A stretch of 63,326 nt of DNA, the filler included, from Globobulimina sp. (lineage: Eukaryota): the NCBI GenBank assembly GCA_003354225.1. It is 23 parts of 23 records of this genome, joined end to end, with 100 filler letters (N's around TTAATTAATTAA, not from the genome) between each part and the next. Parts side by side here need not be neighbours in the genome. Positions count along the whole stretch, not along the records: positions 1 to 2,660 come from PIVH01005485.1; positions 2,761 to 5,420 come from PIVH01005486.1; positions 5,521 to 8,180 come from PIVH01005487.1; positions 8,281 to 10,940 come from PIVH01005488.1; positions 11,041 to 13,700 come from PIVH01005489.1; 18 more parts are not named here. The stretch is one strand, 5' to 3'. This document shows, one piece after another, positions 1 through 11,631 of this stretch. The notes under the pieces were generated by a model. The model was given only the letters and a program-made list of their open reading frames with translations, had not been told where the DNA came from and made no database searches. Each line of letters starts with the position of its first letter. The first letter of the stretch is position 1. The position numbers were made by a program, and so were the translations under genes.

Positions 1-1
1 A

Positions 2-1546
2 AAAAAAAACAATGATAAGAATACAAATAAGAAAAGAACAAATAAAACAACAAAAGTTATTCAACCTGCAAAAAAAAAAAAATTAACAATTTACAATATT
101 CGAGACATTAATACATTTGTCGCAGATGTTGGTTGTATCACTATGCAAGGAGTAGTTACGCATTGGAGCAAGCCATTAATAAGTAACAATGGAGCAAAGT
201 ACATAAATGTATATTTAATTGATGATAATGAAGATGGAACATATGATACATTTATGGTTAGAGTAACAGGAGTAAATTATTCAAAACACAAATTACATTT
301 AAAAATAAAAAGAGGACAATGTGTACAGGTTCAATTAAGCAAAGTTAAACAATATGAAAAAAAGGCACATGTAACATCAGATTTTTGGGGAATAATCGGG
401 TTTAAAATTACAAATAAAGCAATGAAAGTTATTAAACGTAAACCATTAGAATTTAAAATACAGAATCCTTCATTTGATCAATTCAATTTATTAGATAATG
501 ATGAAAAAGTGGAAATTTGCGGAATTATTTTAAATGACGGATTTGTTAAAAAAATTGATAAATTTAACAAACCTCAAACAATTACATCATGGGTAATAAA
601 TGTAAATAACGAATGGGAAGTTATTATTTCTGCCTTTAATTTCCCTAAAAATACATTTAAAACATATGATATTGTACAAATATTGGGATACATTAATAAA
701 TACAATGGGAAAAATACAATTCGTGTATCGACTTATTTAGTAAATTATACAAATGAACAAAGTAAAGATTTAATTGAATTTAAAGAAAACTATCTTCAAG
801 AGAATAATAAATTTAAAGCGTTACCATCATCACAAATGAAATTTAAACACAGTTATGAAAATGTAGGTTATTCATCAATTGAAGAATGGGTTGAAATTAA
901 AAATAATTTCAAGAACAACGCATTGAATATTCAAAATGTTGGATTTGAAAACAATATGAAATTAATAAAGGTTCAAGTAAAGCATGTTGAACATACTTCA
1001 GGTTCAACTTTTTATGCAACAGAGATTGGTTCAACAGGAAAATCGTTGCGGTCAACTACATCTGGTCATGTAGATACGGATGGGAATATTATTAAGAATA
1101 TTCATATCCGAACAAAATTGTCTTTAAAGGTGTATATAAGAATTGAATTAGGAGTTAAAAGTAATGGTTTATTTATAGTTTTATTTAATGACGCGGCGGA
1201 ATCTTTATTAGGAATAAGTTCGGAGGAATATAAGGAAATAAATGATGATATTAATAAAAAAACAATGTTATGGAAAGATCGATTTGAAAATAAATTATTT
1301 GAATTTTGCATTAAAGTAAAAACGAGTATGTGGAATAATCAAAAAGACATGCAATTTATTGTTGATAATGTTAAAGAAATAAGTGAAGAAAATTTAGTTC
1401 AAATTGAAAGTAATTTGGATGATGATGATGAAGAAGATGAAAATGAAAATATTAATGATAATGATAGTGATTATGAAGAAGAGGATGAAGATGGAAATGA
1501 TACTGACAATGAAGAAGAAGATGAAGAAGAAAGTGATCATGTATAA
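2..1546 (+). CDS. RPA70/RPA1-like multi-OB-fold ssDNA-binding protein with acidic tail, 5'-truncated
   Basis: Frame is open from base 2. IYNIRDINTF...ITMQGVVTHWS resembles the start of DBD-A; VEICGII resembles DBD-B; LFNDAAESLLGISSEEY...FEFCIKVKTSMWNNQKDMQFIVDNV resembles DBD-C. No introns; D/E-rich C-terminus. Confidence 0.7.
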   Translation, partial: KKNNDKNTNKKRTNKTTKVIQPAKKKKLTIYNIRDINTFVADVGCITMQGVVTHWSKPLISNNGAKYINVYLIDDNEDGTYDTFMVRVTGVNYSKHKLHLKIKRGQCVQVQLSKVKQYEKKAHVTSDFWGIIGFKITNKAMKVIKRKPLEFKIQNPSFDQFNLLDNDEKVEICGIILNDGFVKKIDKFNKPQTITSWVINVNNEWEVIISAFNFPKNTFKTYDIVQILGYINKYNGKNTIRVSTYLVNYTNEQSKDLIEFKENYLQENNKFKALPSSQMKFKHSYENVGYSSIEEWVEIKNNFKNNALNIQNVGFENNMKLIKVQVKHVEHTSGSTFYATEIGSTGKSLRSTTSGHVDTDGNIIKNIHIRTKLSLKVYIRIELGVKSNGLFIVLFNDAAESLLGISSEEYKEINDDINKKTMLWKDRFENKLFEFCIKVKTSMWNNQKDMQFIVDNVKEISEENLVQIESNLDDDDEEDENENINDNDSDYEEEDEDGNDTDNEEEDEEESDHV

Positions 1547-1800
1547 AAATTTTTTATTAATATTATTATATTTGTATGTAGTTTTGTTGGTAGTTCTTGG
1601 CTACATTATTTAATTTTTGAATTGCAAAAAAAAATAAATAAAAAAATAAATCTTAAATTTTATAGTAACACTTTAAAAAAAAACAGCATCAATGATTACT
1701 ACTATAACGACTGCTAAAATCAACTACTATTTAACAATAAATTACAGGTACCCCTGGTATATAATATTAGTACTAATATGCGTACCTCTTATCGGGAACA

Positions 1801-2439
1801 CTACTGTATGGCTTCTTTATTTGTGACGTCTATTTTTCGATTACTTTTGTTTGTCAGATCTGCTTTACCGTTCCAAAATAATTCTGGATGTGTTAATGTA
1901 TAAATGCAGGGTGTACTCAAAGCATTTATCTGATTTTCCCAGTCAATCGTCCCTCTTTGAATATATCCAGGATTCTCTTTCTGTTTGTTTAGGAGGTTGC
2001 TGTTCAAACATATCATGTTTGAGAATTTCAATTTGCTCTCTGTTGCATTCTACTTCATCTACATCCATAGCATCTTTATTTTCATCTAATAAAATATTCA
2101 TTTTTTCTTCAGATTCATGTTCTGAATTTGACCTTTCTGACATTATATCATCCTTTTAGTCCATACTTTTTTTTTTGCCTTAATTTGTGTTTTTCGTGAC
2201 TGATGAACGGACCAAAATTCAGCTATTGATAATTCATTTTTTTTTTCTCTTTGTTTTTTGAATAATCTCCGTAGAAACGTTTTAGTTATTCCATTCGGAG
2301 TTTTATTTTTTAAATTTGTTTTTTGCATCATTTCAAAATCAAATTTTATTTTTTTGCTTGGAGGTTCAATATTAGTGTCTGCACTAATTGTCAGTTTGGC
2401 ACTTTTTGTAGGGATAACTCCTATAAGACGCAAAATCAT
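1801..2439 (-). pseudogene. Frameshifted, truncated Helitron Rep-associated ORF fragment
   Basis: Three overlapping or abutting short ORFs. The last reads IDWENQINALSTPCIYTLTHPELFWNGKADLT..RKIDVTNKEAIQ, resembling the PINEFxTPGY..AFPxLFPxGxADL motif found upstream of the Helitron Rep domain. Confidence 0.5.
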
Positions 2440-2660
2440 ACATTTATGACTTATTTATGAAATTATGTATGTATGACTATAAAAATCATACCAAATATAG
2501 GAGAGGGTTTGTCATGCAAATATAATCATATATTGTATGATTTTTCCTAAGGGAATGTGTGTTTTTTTTACACGCAAAAATATGCCCTAGTTAGCTTAAG
2601 GGGGTGTTGGTCGAAACTGTCGCCCGAGTTAGCCGAGTTTTTTTTGGGAAATATTTTGGG

Positions 2661-2760
2661 NNNNNNNNNNNNNNNNNNNNNNNNNNNNNNNNNNNNNNNN
2701 NNNNTTAATTAATTAANNNNNNNNNNNNNNNNNNNNNNNNNNNNNNNNNNNNNNNNNNNN
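2661..2760. other. Artificial contig-joining spacer (44 N + TTAATTAATTAA + 44 N); first of 22
   Basis: Same 100-bp spacer, with stops in all six frames, also at 5421, 8181, 10941, 13701, 16461, 19220, 21979, 24738, 27496, 30253, 33010, 35767, 38524, 41281, 44038, 46794, 49550, 52306, 55062, 57817 and 60572. The intervening contigs shrink from 2660 to 2655 bp. Confidence 0.99.
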
Positions 2761-2832
2761 AATATGGAATAAAAGTAACACATTAATTTGCAGCCAAACT
2801 GTTGACTGTTAGTCGATTTCACAGTGTGCATA

Positions 2833-4070
2833 ATGTCGTCAACATCTTTACCTTCTGGTTATATTTTATTGGCGTTGTTTGTATTGGCAGCAATGATTTT
2901 ATTATATACAATTGTTCATTTAATTTATGTAGCGATCCAAAACAATAAAAAAAGAGATACAAACATGCAAACAGTGAATTTTATGATAGCATTGACATTA
3001 ATGGGTATTATATCATTTGCAATATCATTATCATTAATTATTGTTTTATCCATTCAAAGCATATTAATTAATGGACATAATTTGTATTATTCAACGCTCA
3101 CAGAAACGGAACGCATCCTGGAATATTTAATATGCACTTTTGATCAGTTTGGACACTTAGCAATGATCACCATATTTGTAATTCGATTAAAAATGTGTTT
3201 TAAAAATACAATATTTGGATATTCCAAACGAATCTTACATTCTATGTATATTTTTTTAATTATATTAACATTCCTTTCGTTTGCAATTATCATTCAAATT
3301 ACGAGCAAACATAAAAACGTTTTTGCAATAATAATATCTCAGCTTTTATGGGAAGCGTCAATCGAATCCGTCTGCTTATGGTTGCTCTATTTGTTTGTCT
3401 CAAAATTAAGTGATTTAATTGTTATGTCATTAGGTATAAAAAATCCATGCATTTTGCATTAAAATTATTTTAAAGTGTTTCCAACAACAAAATAAAATGT
3501 GTACATTGCACAGGTTTAACAAAATTAGATGATATTATTACTCATCTTGTTTCAAATAGAAATCTAAGGAAGTCAGGCGATGGGGTTGCACCATCCAAAC
3601 ATAAAAAAAGCAGCATCGATCAGATAGTAGGCGCACATCAGAAAATATCTGATCCGATACCAACACGGTCGTATCATTTGCACAGTCATTATGACTCACA
3701 AATTATGTATTTGATAGATCTCATCACAAAAATGAGTACATTGGTAATTATCGCCGTGATCGGATCAATAATCTCTGTTATTGGCAATATATACATTGAA
3801 TTGCATTATCAATCACATACTCATAATATGCTGATATTTATATTGCCCGTTATCGATATGGTTACAACATCGATATGTCTCTTATATTTACAGTTTAATT
3901 TTACCCAAAGTGCATATTTAACTATTTGTACGAAAATGGATGCCTTATTTTTACGATTTGTCGGAAATATATTAAATAACGCAATGAAACGATCCATTGA
4001 TAAACATAATGTTATTGCAGGAGAAGAACAATATGACGAGGTTCAACACAATGATGGTCAATATCTGTAA
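2833..4070 (+). CDS. Seven-transmembrane GPCR-like protein, 2 exons
   Basis: Five hydrophobic helices in exon 1 and two in exon 2. A GT-AG intron at 3434-3513 joins ORFs 2824 and 3678 in frame. Confidence 0.7.
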
Positions 4071-4263
4071 ATGTATTTTAGCACTATTTTTTCCCTTATT
4101 ATTTAGTTTTTTTCTAGTTGATTTATAATGTGTTATGGTATGTTTTGTGGTTGCTATCATAGCAACAATTATGATTTAATTTCGATTTTCAAAAAAAAAA
4201 AACTGTTAACTATGCACAACACACTTTTCTACAATGTTTATTTACAACACAGGTCAACACAGG

Positions 4264-5420
4264 TCAACGCAAGTCAGTCGCAATTGATTGAGATTTCGTT
4301 TTTGCCCACGCGATATATGTCAACCTTTCACATTTATAAATAATATGTGTAGAATATACAATCAACACAAACTGCACTGCGGCAAATAATATCAACACAT
4401 AGCTCTGAACCATTGATAGCGTAAAATCTGTAAAATAGACCAACACAAACATGCAAGCCGACATTGTCATTAATCGAAGCAACATATTAAAGAATAAGAC
4501 AAACAATTTCTTTTTATAATTGATATTCATCTTCGTACAATCATTATAAAATGGCGTCACTGTAATGACACTCGTCACGATCATAATAAACATTTGGATT
4601 TTGCGATACTGGAATTTGATATCATTCCTATACAAATCCGACAAGCAATATAAAAATAAAAAATACGAAACACTTTCTACAGCAATCAAACAGAGTGGCA
4701 ATATGAAATAATGTAAAGTTTTGGACTCCAATAATACCGCCGGCGAATAGCGCAATAACACCAATGTGATGCCACAGCGGGCCATGAAATCAAAGCTAAT
4801 GAATATACAAAACACAATCTTATTAAACCAGTTCATTTTGAATTTCTTGATACTTTGCGAAGGATCCTGATTGTAATCGCCATCGTACTTATTGGCTTTG
4901 GGTATAATGCTTTCAAACACATCGTTGAATTTGTCCCGCAATGTATCTTTTATATGCGATGTGAACCAAAATGAATACGATGCCACACTCAATGCCAAGG
5001 ATAAAATTAATAGCCAGTTACTTTGCGACCAATATGGGTATTTTGACTGATACCAAATTAAAATAAATGTTTTCAATATGGACAACGGCAAAGCGCGACT
5101 CATTGATTCTAAAAAATTGATCAATTTGAAAGTATAGGTGGCATGGCCAAAGTTGTCGTGATTTAAAGAGTTTTGACATTCAAAACAGATTCCAATTTGA
5201 CAAAAATAGGATAATTTGTTGCAGGAAGAGCCAGCGGGACCCATTCGATACGAAACTATGGAGGTTATCAACAGAAATAGGCCGATGATGACGCCCCAGA
5301 CATAAAATATAAAATGTTTGCCGGAGTGGGCGCGCAATAAAAATAACAAAATGACAAATATATTGAACCAGAAATCGAAGATGGATAAAATTGCTGCGAT
5401 TTGGACACGAAAGCCTCGAC
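4264..5420 (-). CDS. Multi-pass membrane protein, possibly XK-related; 5'-truncated
   Basis: 361+ aa ORF with many hydrophobic segments. FLESMSRALPLSILKTFIL weakly resembles the XK-family E..PQ..LQ helix. Confidence 0.5.
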
Positions 5421-5820
5421 NNNNNNNNNNNNNNNNNNNNNNNNNNNNNNNNNNNNNNNNNNNNTTAATTAATTAANNNNNNNNNNNNNNNNNNNNNNNN
5501 NNNNNNNNNNNNNNNNNNNNCCATAGGACATGGTGGAGTTACTCTTTTTTTTTTAAAATGTTTTTAAAGAGTTGTTCAAGAAGATTCATGATGTGAATTA
5601 TTATGTATTTGGATGAGAGAGCTGAGTCAATGCATGCTATAATAATTTATGGGACATCGCAATTTGTGATTAGTTTCAGAATAAAAATGGGATTGAAATA
5701 TTCGGTGAAATTTGGGGAAACAATAAATTAAATAAACCAACAAAAGTAAAAGAAATACACATCAAATATCACGATATTTCATAGTATTTAACGTTAAATA
5801 TTTGCAATTCGACGGAGTTA

Positions 5821-6168
5821 TTAAGCATTTTTTAATAAACGTCTTGGATTTGTTGTTTTTTTTAAGTCTGCTTCTCTTTGTGCGGGTGTTCTATATTTCC
5901 AATAATATTTGTTTATAAAATCCCAGTATTGTTTTGTACATCCTTTGCCAAGAGATGGTAAACATCGCGTCTTCCATGAAGCGTTCTGCAGACGTTCTGC
6001 GTCTTTACATTCATAACATTGAGGACATTCGTTGTTTCCCTGACTACATTCTGGATAGTCATCGCCATTTTCTTTATAAAACTCCCATTTTGTATCATCT
6101 TTAACACCCATTGATCCATTAATTATCACCATCCAAATAATACACACTGTTAATAATATTCTACCCAT
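5821..6168 (-). CDS. Small secreted Cys-rich protein
   Basis: Signal-peptide-like N-terminus (MGRILLTVCIIWMVIINGSMG), six Cys in the mature part, RRLL near the C-terminus. Confidence 0.6.
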   Translation of the reverse strand: MGRILLTVCIIWMVIINGSMGVKDDTKWEFYKENGDDYPECSQGNNECPQCYECKDAERLQNASWKTRCLPSLGKGCTKQYWDFINKYYWKYRTPAQREADLKKTTNPRRLLKNA

Positions 6169-6467
6169 TGTAGTTATTTAGTACAATGGATTTTAATTTT
6201 GCAATTGAGTATCTTTTTTATAAATCTTTTTAGTACGGATTTTAATCTAGCTTTTTTTAGAAATTTTGAGTGAGTGATTTATGAGTGATTGATACGACTC
6301 ATAATCTCTATCATAATCATAATCTGTATGTAGCTGATTAGTTAATATATTTCATAATTCCATAATCTCATAATTCCATTATTTTATATAGATTATGAGT
6401 CACTTAATCTATAATTAAACTCTTCTCACTTCAAGTGTACAGTACATTTAAATTTAAACTCACAGTC

Positions 6468-8180
6468 ATGTCATACTTTAAGCAAGAATCCACCACTTCG
6501 AGCTCTCACAGCAACACCGCACCTCTACCAACAGACGTCGTAGATTTATGCAGCAGTTCAGAAACAGATGATTCTACCACAGAATCCGAAGCGCCTTCAT
6601 CTGATTTACTAAGCAGCAGTGATGATTATAGCAGTTTTGACTGTTTTGATGATGACATTTCTGACGATTATAACACAAATCATGACGAAAACTACAATTA
6701 CAACCCAATGGACACCCAAACAAACAATCAAACAAATACTAATAATTCCAATCGCACTTCATTCAAGAAACTAAAATCAAAAATTACAATCATTGATAGT
6801 GATGAAATCCGCAATAAATTTTCAGGAAAAGTATATAAAAGTACTATGAAGGCAATTAAAAATTTATATGGTAAAAAAATCGAGAAATTAACGGCTCAGC
6901 ATTCCACATCGTATTATCAAAGACCGCCACGGCAACTCATGAAGCAAACCAACTTAATGTTAGCACGAAGGTATGCGAGGACTGCAGGTTGGTCGCAACA
7001 GGACGGATTTAGAGAGATGATACAAAACTGGTTTGATGGATGCAACACAGTCTCCGCTAACTTACATAGTCGACGAACAGCAACAAGCATACCATCCAAA
7101 AACATAATCATTCCAATGATACACAATCAAAATATGTGTTATCATTATTTTGTTTATGAAAGTGAGACGTTTGATATTGAAGACCACCACAATGAATTAA
7201 TCGGATCTATTTTATTAAAAAAAGAACGCAAACAAACGGTCTTAAAATTGTGTAACTATGGAATCGCATTGGATGCCAATCAAATTATAATCGGTCAGAC
7301 GTCGAAAACAAATGGCAAATCTGTTGGGAAATTCGGCGAAGGACTTAAAATGGGCGCATGCATTCTATTATATTACAATCATAAATTCTCCATTTTAACT
7401 AACACTAAAAACTGGAAGTTTTCCTTTAAAACTAGTAAAGCTTTCAATGCCGAGACGATGTACGTCTCACCGCATCAAAAGCAAATCAAGTCGCCGGCTC
7501 AGGTTATTGTCACCATTCGCAACGTACAAAAAGAAATAATTCAATTGGATTCCATTGTAAATAATATACGACAAATAAATATATGTAACGATATTGAGCG
7601 TCGTTATTTTTTCCCATTATATCATCCGAAAATGAATGAATATATTAACATTAAAGGAGGTGGATTGGATGGCGACATATTAATTGGTGAATATTATAAA
7701 AAAAAAGTATATCACAATGGCTTTTATATTGGCAGTTACGATGACTGTTATTTTGGATATAATATTAATGGAAATAAGTTGCCATTAAATCGTGATCGCG
7801 GATTAACATCGCGAGCACTTCAAACATTGCATGATCAAATCCCGAGATATTGGAAATATGCAATTGGTAATGATATAAATAATGGGAAGATTGCTGCGCA
7901 ATATTTACAATGTATAGATAATGGTAATTCAAATCGTGAATTTATGGAACTTCATCCAAATCATTTAAATGTTTTGCTGAATGAACATACCGCAACCAAA
8001 TTATTTAACGTTTTTATTGCGGATTTATTGCAAAAAAATGAGGAAAATGAAGTGAAACAAAATTTGTTTATTATAGCAAATGATATTAATCATGTACAAC
8101 ATGAAAAAGTGCGTAAAGAATTAAAAAGAACACCATACAAAATAAATAGATATTTATCTGACATTTTTCTGCATTGTCCG
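6468..8180 (+). CDS. GHKL (HATPase_c-like) ATPase-domain protein, 3'-truncated
   Basis: N-box FREMIQNWFDG, LCNYGIAL, IGQTSK and G2-box GKFGEGLKMG. Acidic/Ser-rich N-terminus; no introns. Confidence 0.75.
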
Positions 8181-8542
8181 NNNNNNNNNNNNNNNNNNNN
8201 NNNNNNNNNNNNNNNNNNNNNNNNTTAATTAATTAANNNNNNNNNNNNNNNNNNNNNNNNNNNNNNNNNNNNNNNNNNNNGAATTTGCCAAAATTGGTCC
8301 AATTGGCTGTTAATCGAATTGAAGATATCTCGATTGTCCATTGGCCGTTGATAAATAATCTCTCATTCTCTTCCTTAAAAGGCGTTGTCCCAACTTGTAG
8401 ATTTTGAAAGAAATAATGACTAGTTGTGCATGTACAGTGTCAGAGGAAAACTTTGCTAAATGTCAGAAGTACTGCTGACTGTTTTGAAAGAAAGACAGAA
8501 ACAAAAAGGTTTAATGGTTTTGATGCTTCTTAATGATACAAA

Positions 8543-10940
8543 TTATATCTTACAGTTAATAATCTCTGCCAATATCCTTTTTCTAAACTTATTTTTTATT
8601 TCATCAGCAGTAAAATCAGGAAAAAGTCCATCAGAAATCCAATCTGCACATTTCAATGTAAATACACCACAATCCATTTCTATCTGCTGTGCATATTTGA
8701 ATGCTTTTCTATAGGCACCGCTGTCTATATTCGCTTCAGTACATAATGTTTTAGAATCCTTATAAATTGAATAACTTTCATTATCCATATCGACTGTGGC
8801 AAATTCATACTGCTTTAATTTATTTAATACCAAACTTATATTAGAAGGATATTGTTGATATTCATACGATCCTTCAGTTGGTTCATGCATCCATATGACA
8901 TTATAGTCCTCATCAATCCAGTCAGCCAAATTAAAATCAATATTTACTGTATCACATAAATATTTATCTTCATATTCCATCTCCAAATACTTCCGAATGA
9001 GCCCAAAAAATTCTAATGATATTGAATACTTTTTGGCCGAATCAAAATATTGAATTTTTTTATTTTGAATATCGATGCATCCACAACTCCAATGAGACTG
9101 TCCAATATGGAGTGACAATATGATTTTATCAAACTGAAATATATTTTTACAATTTGTCCAACCACGCTGCTGAATTGTCCCTGCTTTTGTCCATCGCCTA
9201 ACATTTTTATATCCTATATTTAATTTAATATCATTTCCTGTATCAATATTTGATTTAATATCTTCTTTATAACCATTTGATAACTTCGAATAAAAAAAAC
9301 TTGACATAAATAATATTTTTGAATTCTTTTTATCTCTTTTAACTTGTTCTATATTTCGTTTTTGAAGTAAACCAAAATAAAAATTAATTACTGCATCATT
9401 TAGCCATGTATTTGGAGCCAATGTCATTAAATCTCTGCCAGTTATTTCCAAATGCCATATGTCCAAATAATGAACAATATAGGTGTCCTGTATTGCGTTA
9501 CAATTTATAATTGATTCATGAATTTCCTCTTCATATTCCATCAAACTCCTTACTTTGTAATTCCTTCTTGTTTCAATTGTGCTGATATTATGGCACAACA
9601 CATTTTGAGAAACATTAATATTATCATTTCTCTCATAAAATAATAAATATGCTGAGCTTTTTTGGCCACTTTTTTTTGTGTTAATAATTCCTTGTATTGC
9701 CTCAAAAGATATTTTCGAAACATAACTATCATTGCAATAAAACCATATTTCACCTTTTTTCCTATAATTCCAATAATGGCCACTCTGTAAATTATTTCCA
9801 CAGTGAACAACTAAAGCAAATAATGACCATATAATCGATCCAAAATGAATAATAGCTTGAATTGTGACATTCTGCATTATGTAAATTATGGTTAGCACAA
9901 AACTGTAGAAACTAAACTATGAATGTAATCAAAAATGGCTTAACTGTCGCAATTTTGTAAGAAGCATGAGTGGCTGCAATATATCCAAAATCTAACACTT
10001 GCAATATCAAATAATTCGATAATTCGTTTGTTATTGGTTTTATTAATTTGCACTCTTTTAGAGCTTTCTGATGACATCGAATGCAATCTGTTGGAGCATC
10101 GGACTGGAATTTCCCGCTGTAATTAATATGCAATAATTGTTCGACAGACACATTGTGATCAGTTGCATTATTATTGGGTTTATTATCATTGTTTTCTTGG
10201 ATATTTTGATGATTTATTTGCATATTTAATTGCATATAAAGCTTTCTTTCAAACTCAATGTTTTTGGAATGGCATTTGGGGCAAATAATTTCTTTCTTAA
10301 ATAAATACGAAAAATGTGTCATCGGAATATCTTTTAAAAAATGGGCTTTGCCGAATTCAGAGAAAATATCCAATATTGACGCAATATATTCTTGTGCATC
10401 TTGCTGTATATTCAATGTATTGTAAGGAGGTGGATTGTATTGTTGTAATTTATGTAATGTTAAATATATTGGTTTAGAATAATTACTATGGAGTTTAAAC
10501 AAAGCTTCGTATAATAATCTGTGGAAATTGTATTGTAATCTTTTAGTTTTTGATAATTCAAAAACAATGCAGGAATTCACATCAAATGATTGTAATGAGC
10601 TTCCTAAATCATATAAAAATGGATATATGTTTGCTAAACATTGCAATATTGCATTCATAAAACACGTAGCTCCAAGATTCTTCAGACCACAACCTTCATT
10701 TCTTGGACAGTTTATAATCATTTTATTATAATTTATTTTTCGTAGTTTTACAGGGCCTGACACTTTGTGCCTCTCAAGTTTTCGCTTGGCACCACAATGT
10801 TTTTTTTGAACATCATTACATTTACCGGTTTGTAAGATGTTTACATTGAATGTTTCTGGCCCAATGGGTTGAGAATTAATTGGAGTGAGGGTAATATTAC
10901 TTGTTTTTGGTGGCTTTAATTTATTTGCTTGGTGTACTAA
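8543..10940 (-). CDS. USP (peptidase C19) + Ulp1/SENP (peptidase C48) fusion protein, 2 exons, 5'-truncated
   Basis: USP Cys box GLKNLGATCFMNAILQCL, QQDAQE, His box VVHCG..SGHY..WFYCNDS..AYLLFYER. SENP motifs WLNDAVINFY, FMSSFFYSKL, VRRWTK, HWS, YFDS, QQ..DCGVF. Intron 9872-9944 (GTTAAG..GCTAAC..TGCAG) joins the two ORFs in frame. Frame is open to the contig end. Confidence 0.88.
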
Positions 10941-11040
10941 NNNNNNNNNNNNNNNNNNNNNNNNNNNNNNNNNNNNNNNNNNNNTTAATTAATTAANNNN
11001 NNNNNNNNNNNNNNNNNNNNNNNNNNNNNNNNNNNNNNNN

Positions 11041-11506
11041 TAAATTTCGCTATATTCTCCTCATACGCTTGCGTGGTTTGATGCAAACCGTGCGAGACAG
11101 CGCTCAATTCTTCGCTGGCTTTGGTTAATTTGGACACTTCCGTTCTCAGCGCTGAATTTTCCACCTTGAAGGCAGCGTTGCTTTTCGAGAAAAGGTCCAC
11201 TTGTTCTTTAAGCCCCAATAAAATACGAAAATGATTGGCTGCATACACCGCTAAGATCAAAGCCGCTACGCCAGACACTATATCGCCGGTTAATGAGCCG
11301 GTAACACGCATAAATGCCCAAACTGGAGTTAATATGCCAAATAATAACATGACGACGAATTGCCAGCGAGAAAATGGCTCCTCTTTGAACCAGGCGCAGG
11401 CTGCACAGATTCCGCTTCTTTTGGTTCTGGTGGGCGCTGCGCTGTTAGCAAATAAGGTGTCTTTCGACATATCGCCTGTCTCTACACCAGCCGCACGATA
11501 CGACAT
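11041..11506 (-). CDS. Hypothetical protein with two TM helices and a coiled coil, 3'-truncated
   Basis: ATG-initiated ORF, two hydrophobic helices then a heptad-like region; divergent from the beta-oxidation gene. Confidence 0.65.
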
Positions 11507-11631
11507 ATCTGGAGCTGAAGACGTGATTACCAGATGGTTTGTTGTAACTGGAGAGAATTGGAAGGGTTGTTGTGATGATGGGTATTATATTGATGTTTAC
11601 TTTAAAAAACAAAACTTACTCAAACATCGCA

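Noticed and set aside
1799-1806. CACTA transposon terminus (CACTACTG)
   Set aside because: No matching inverted end or target-site duplication was found in the contig; a 5-mer is expected by chance.
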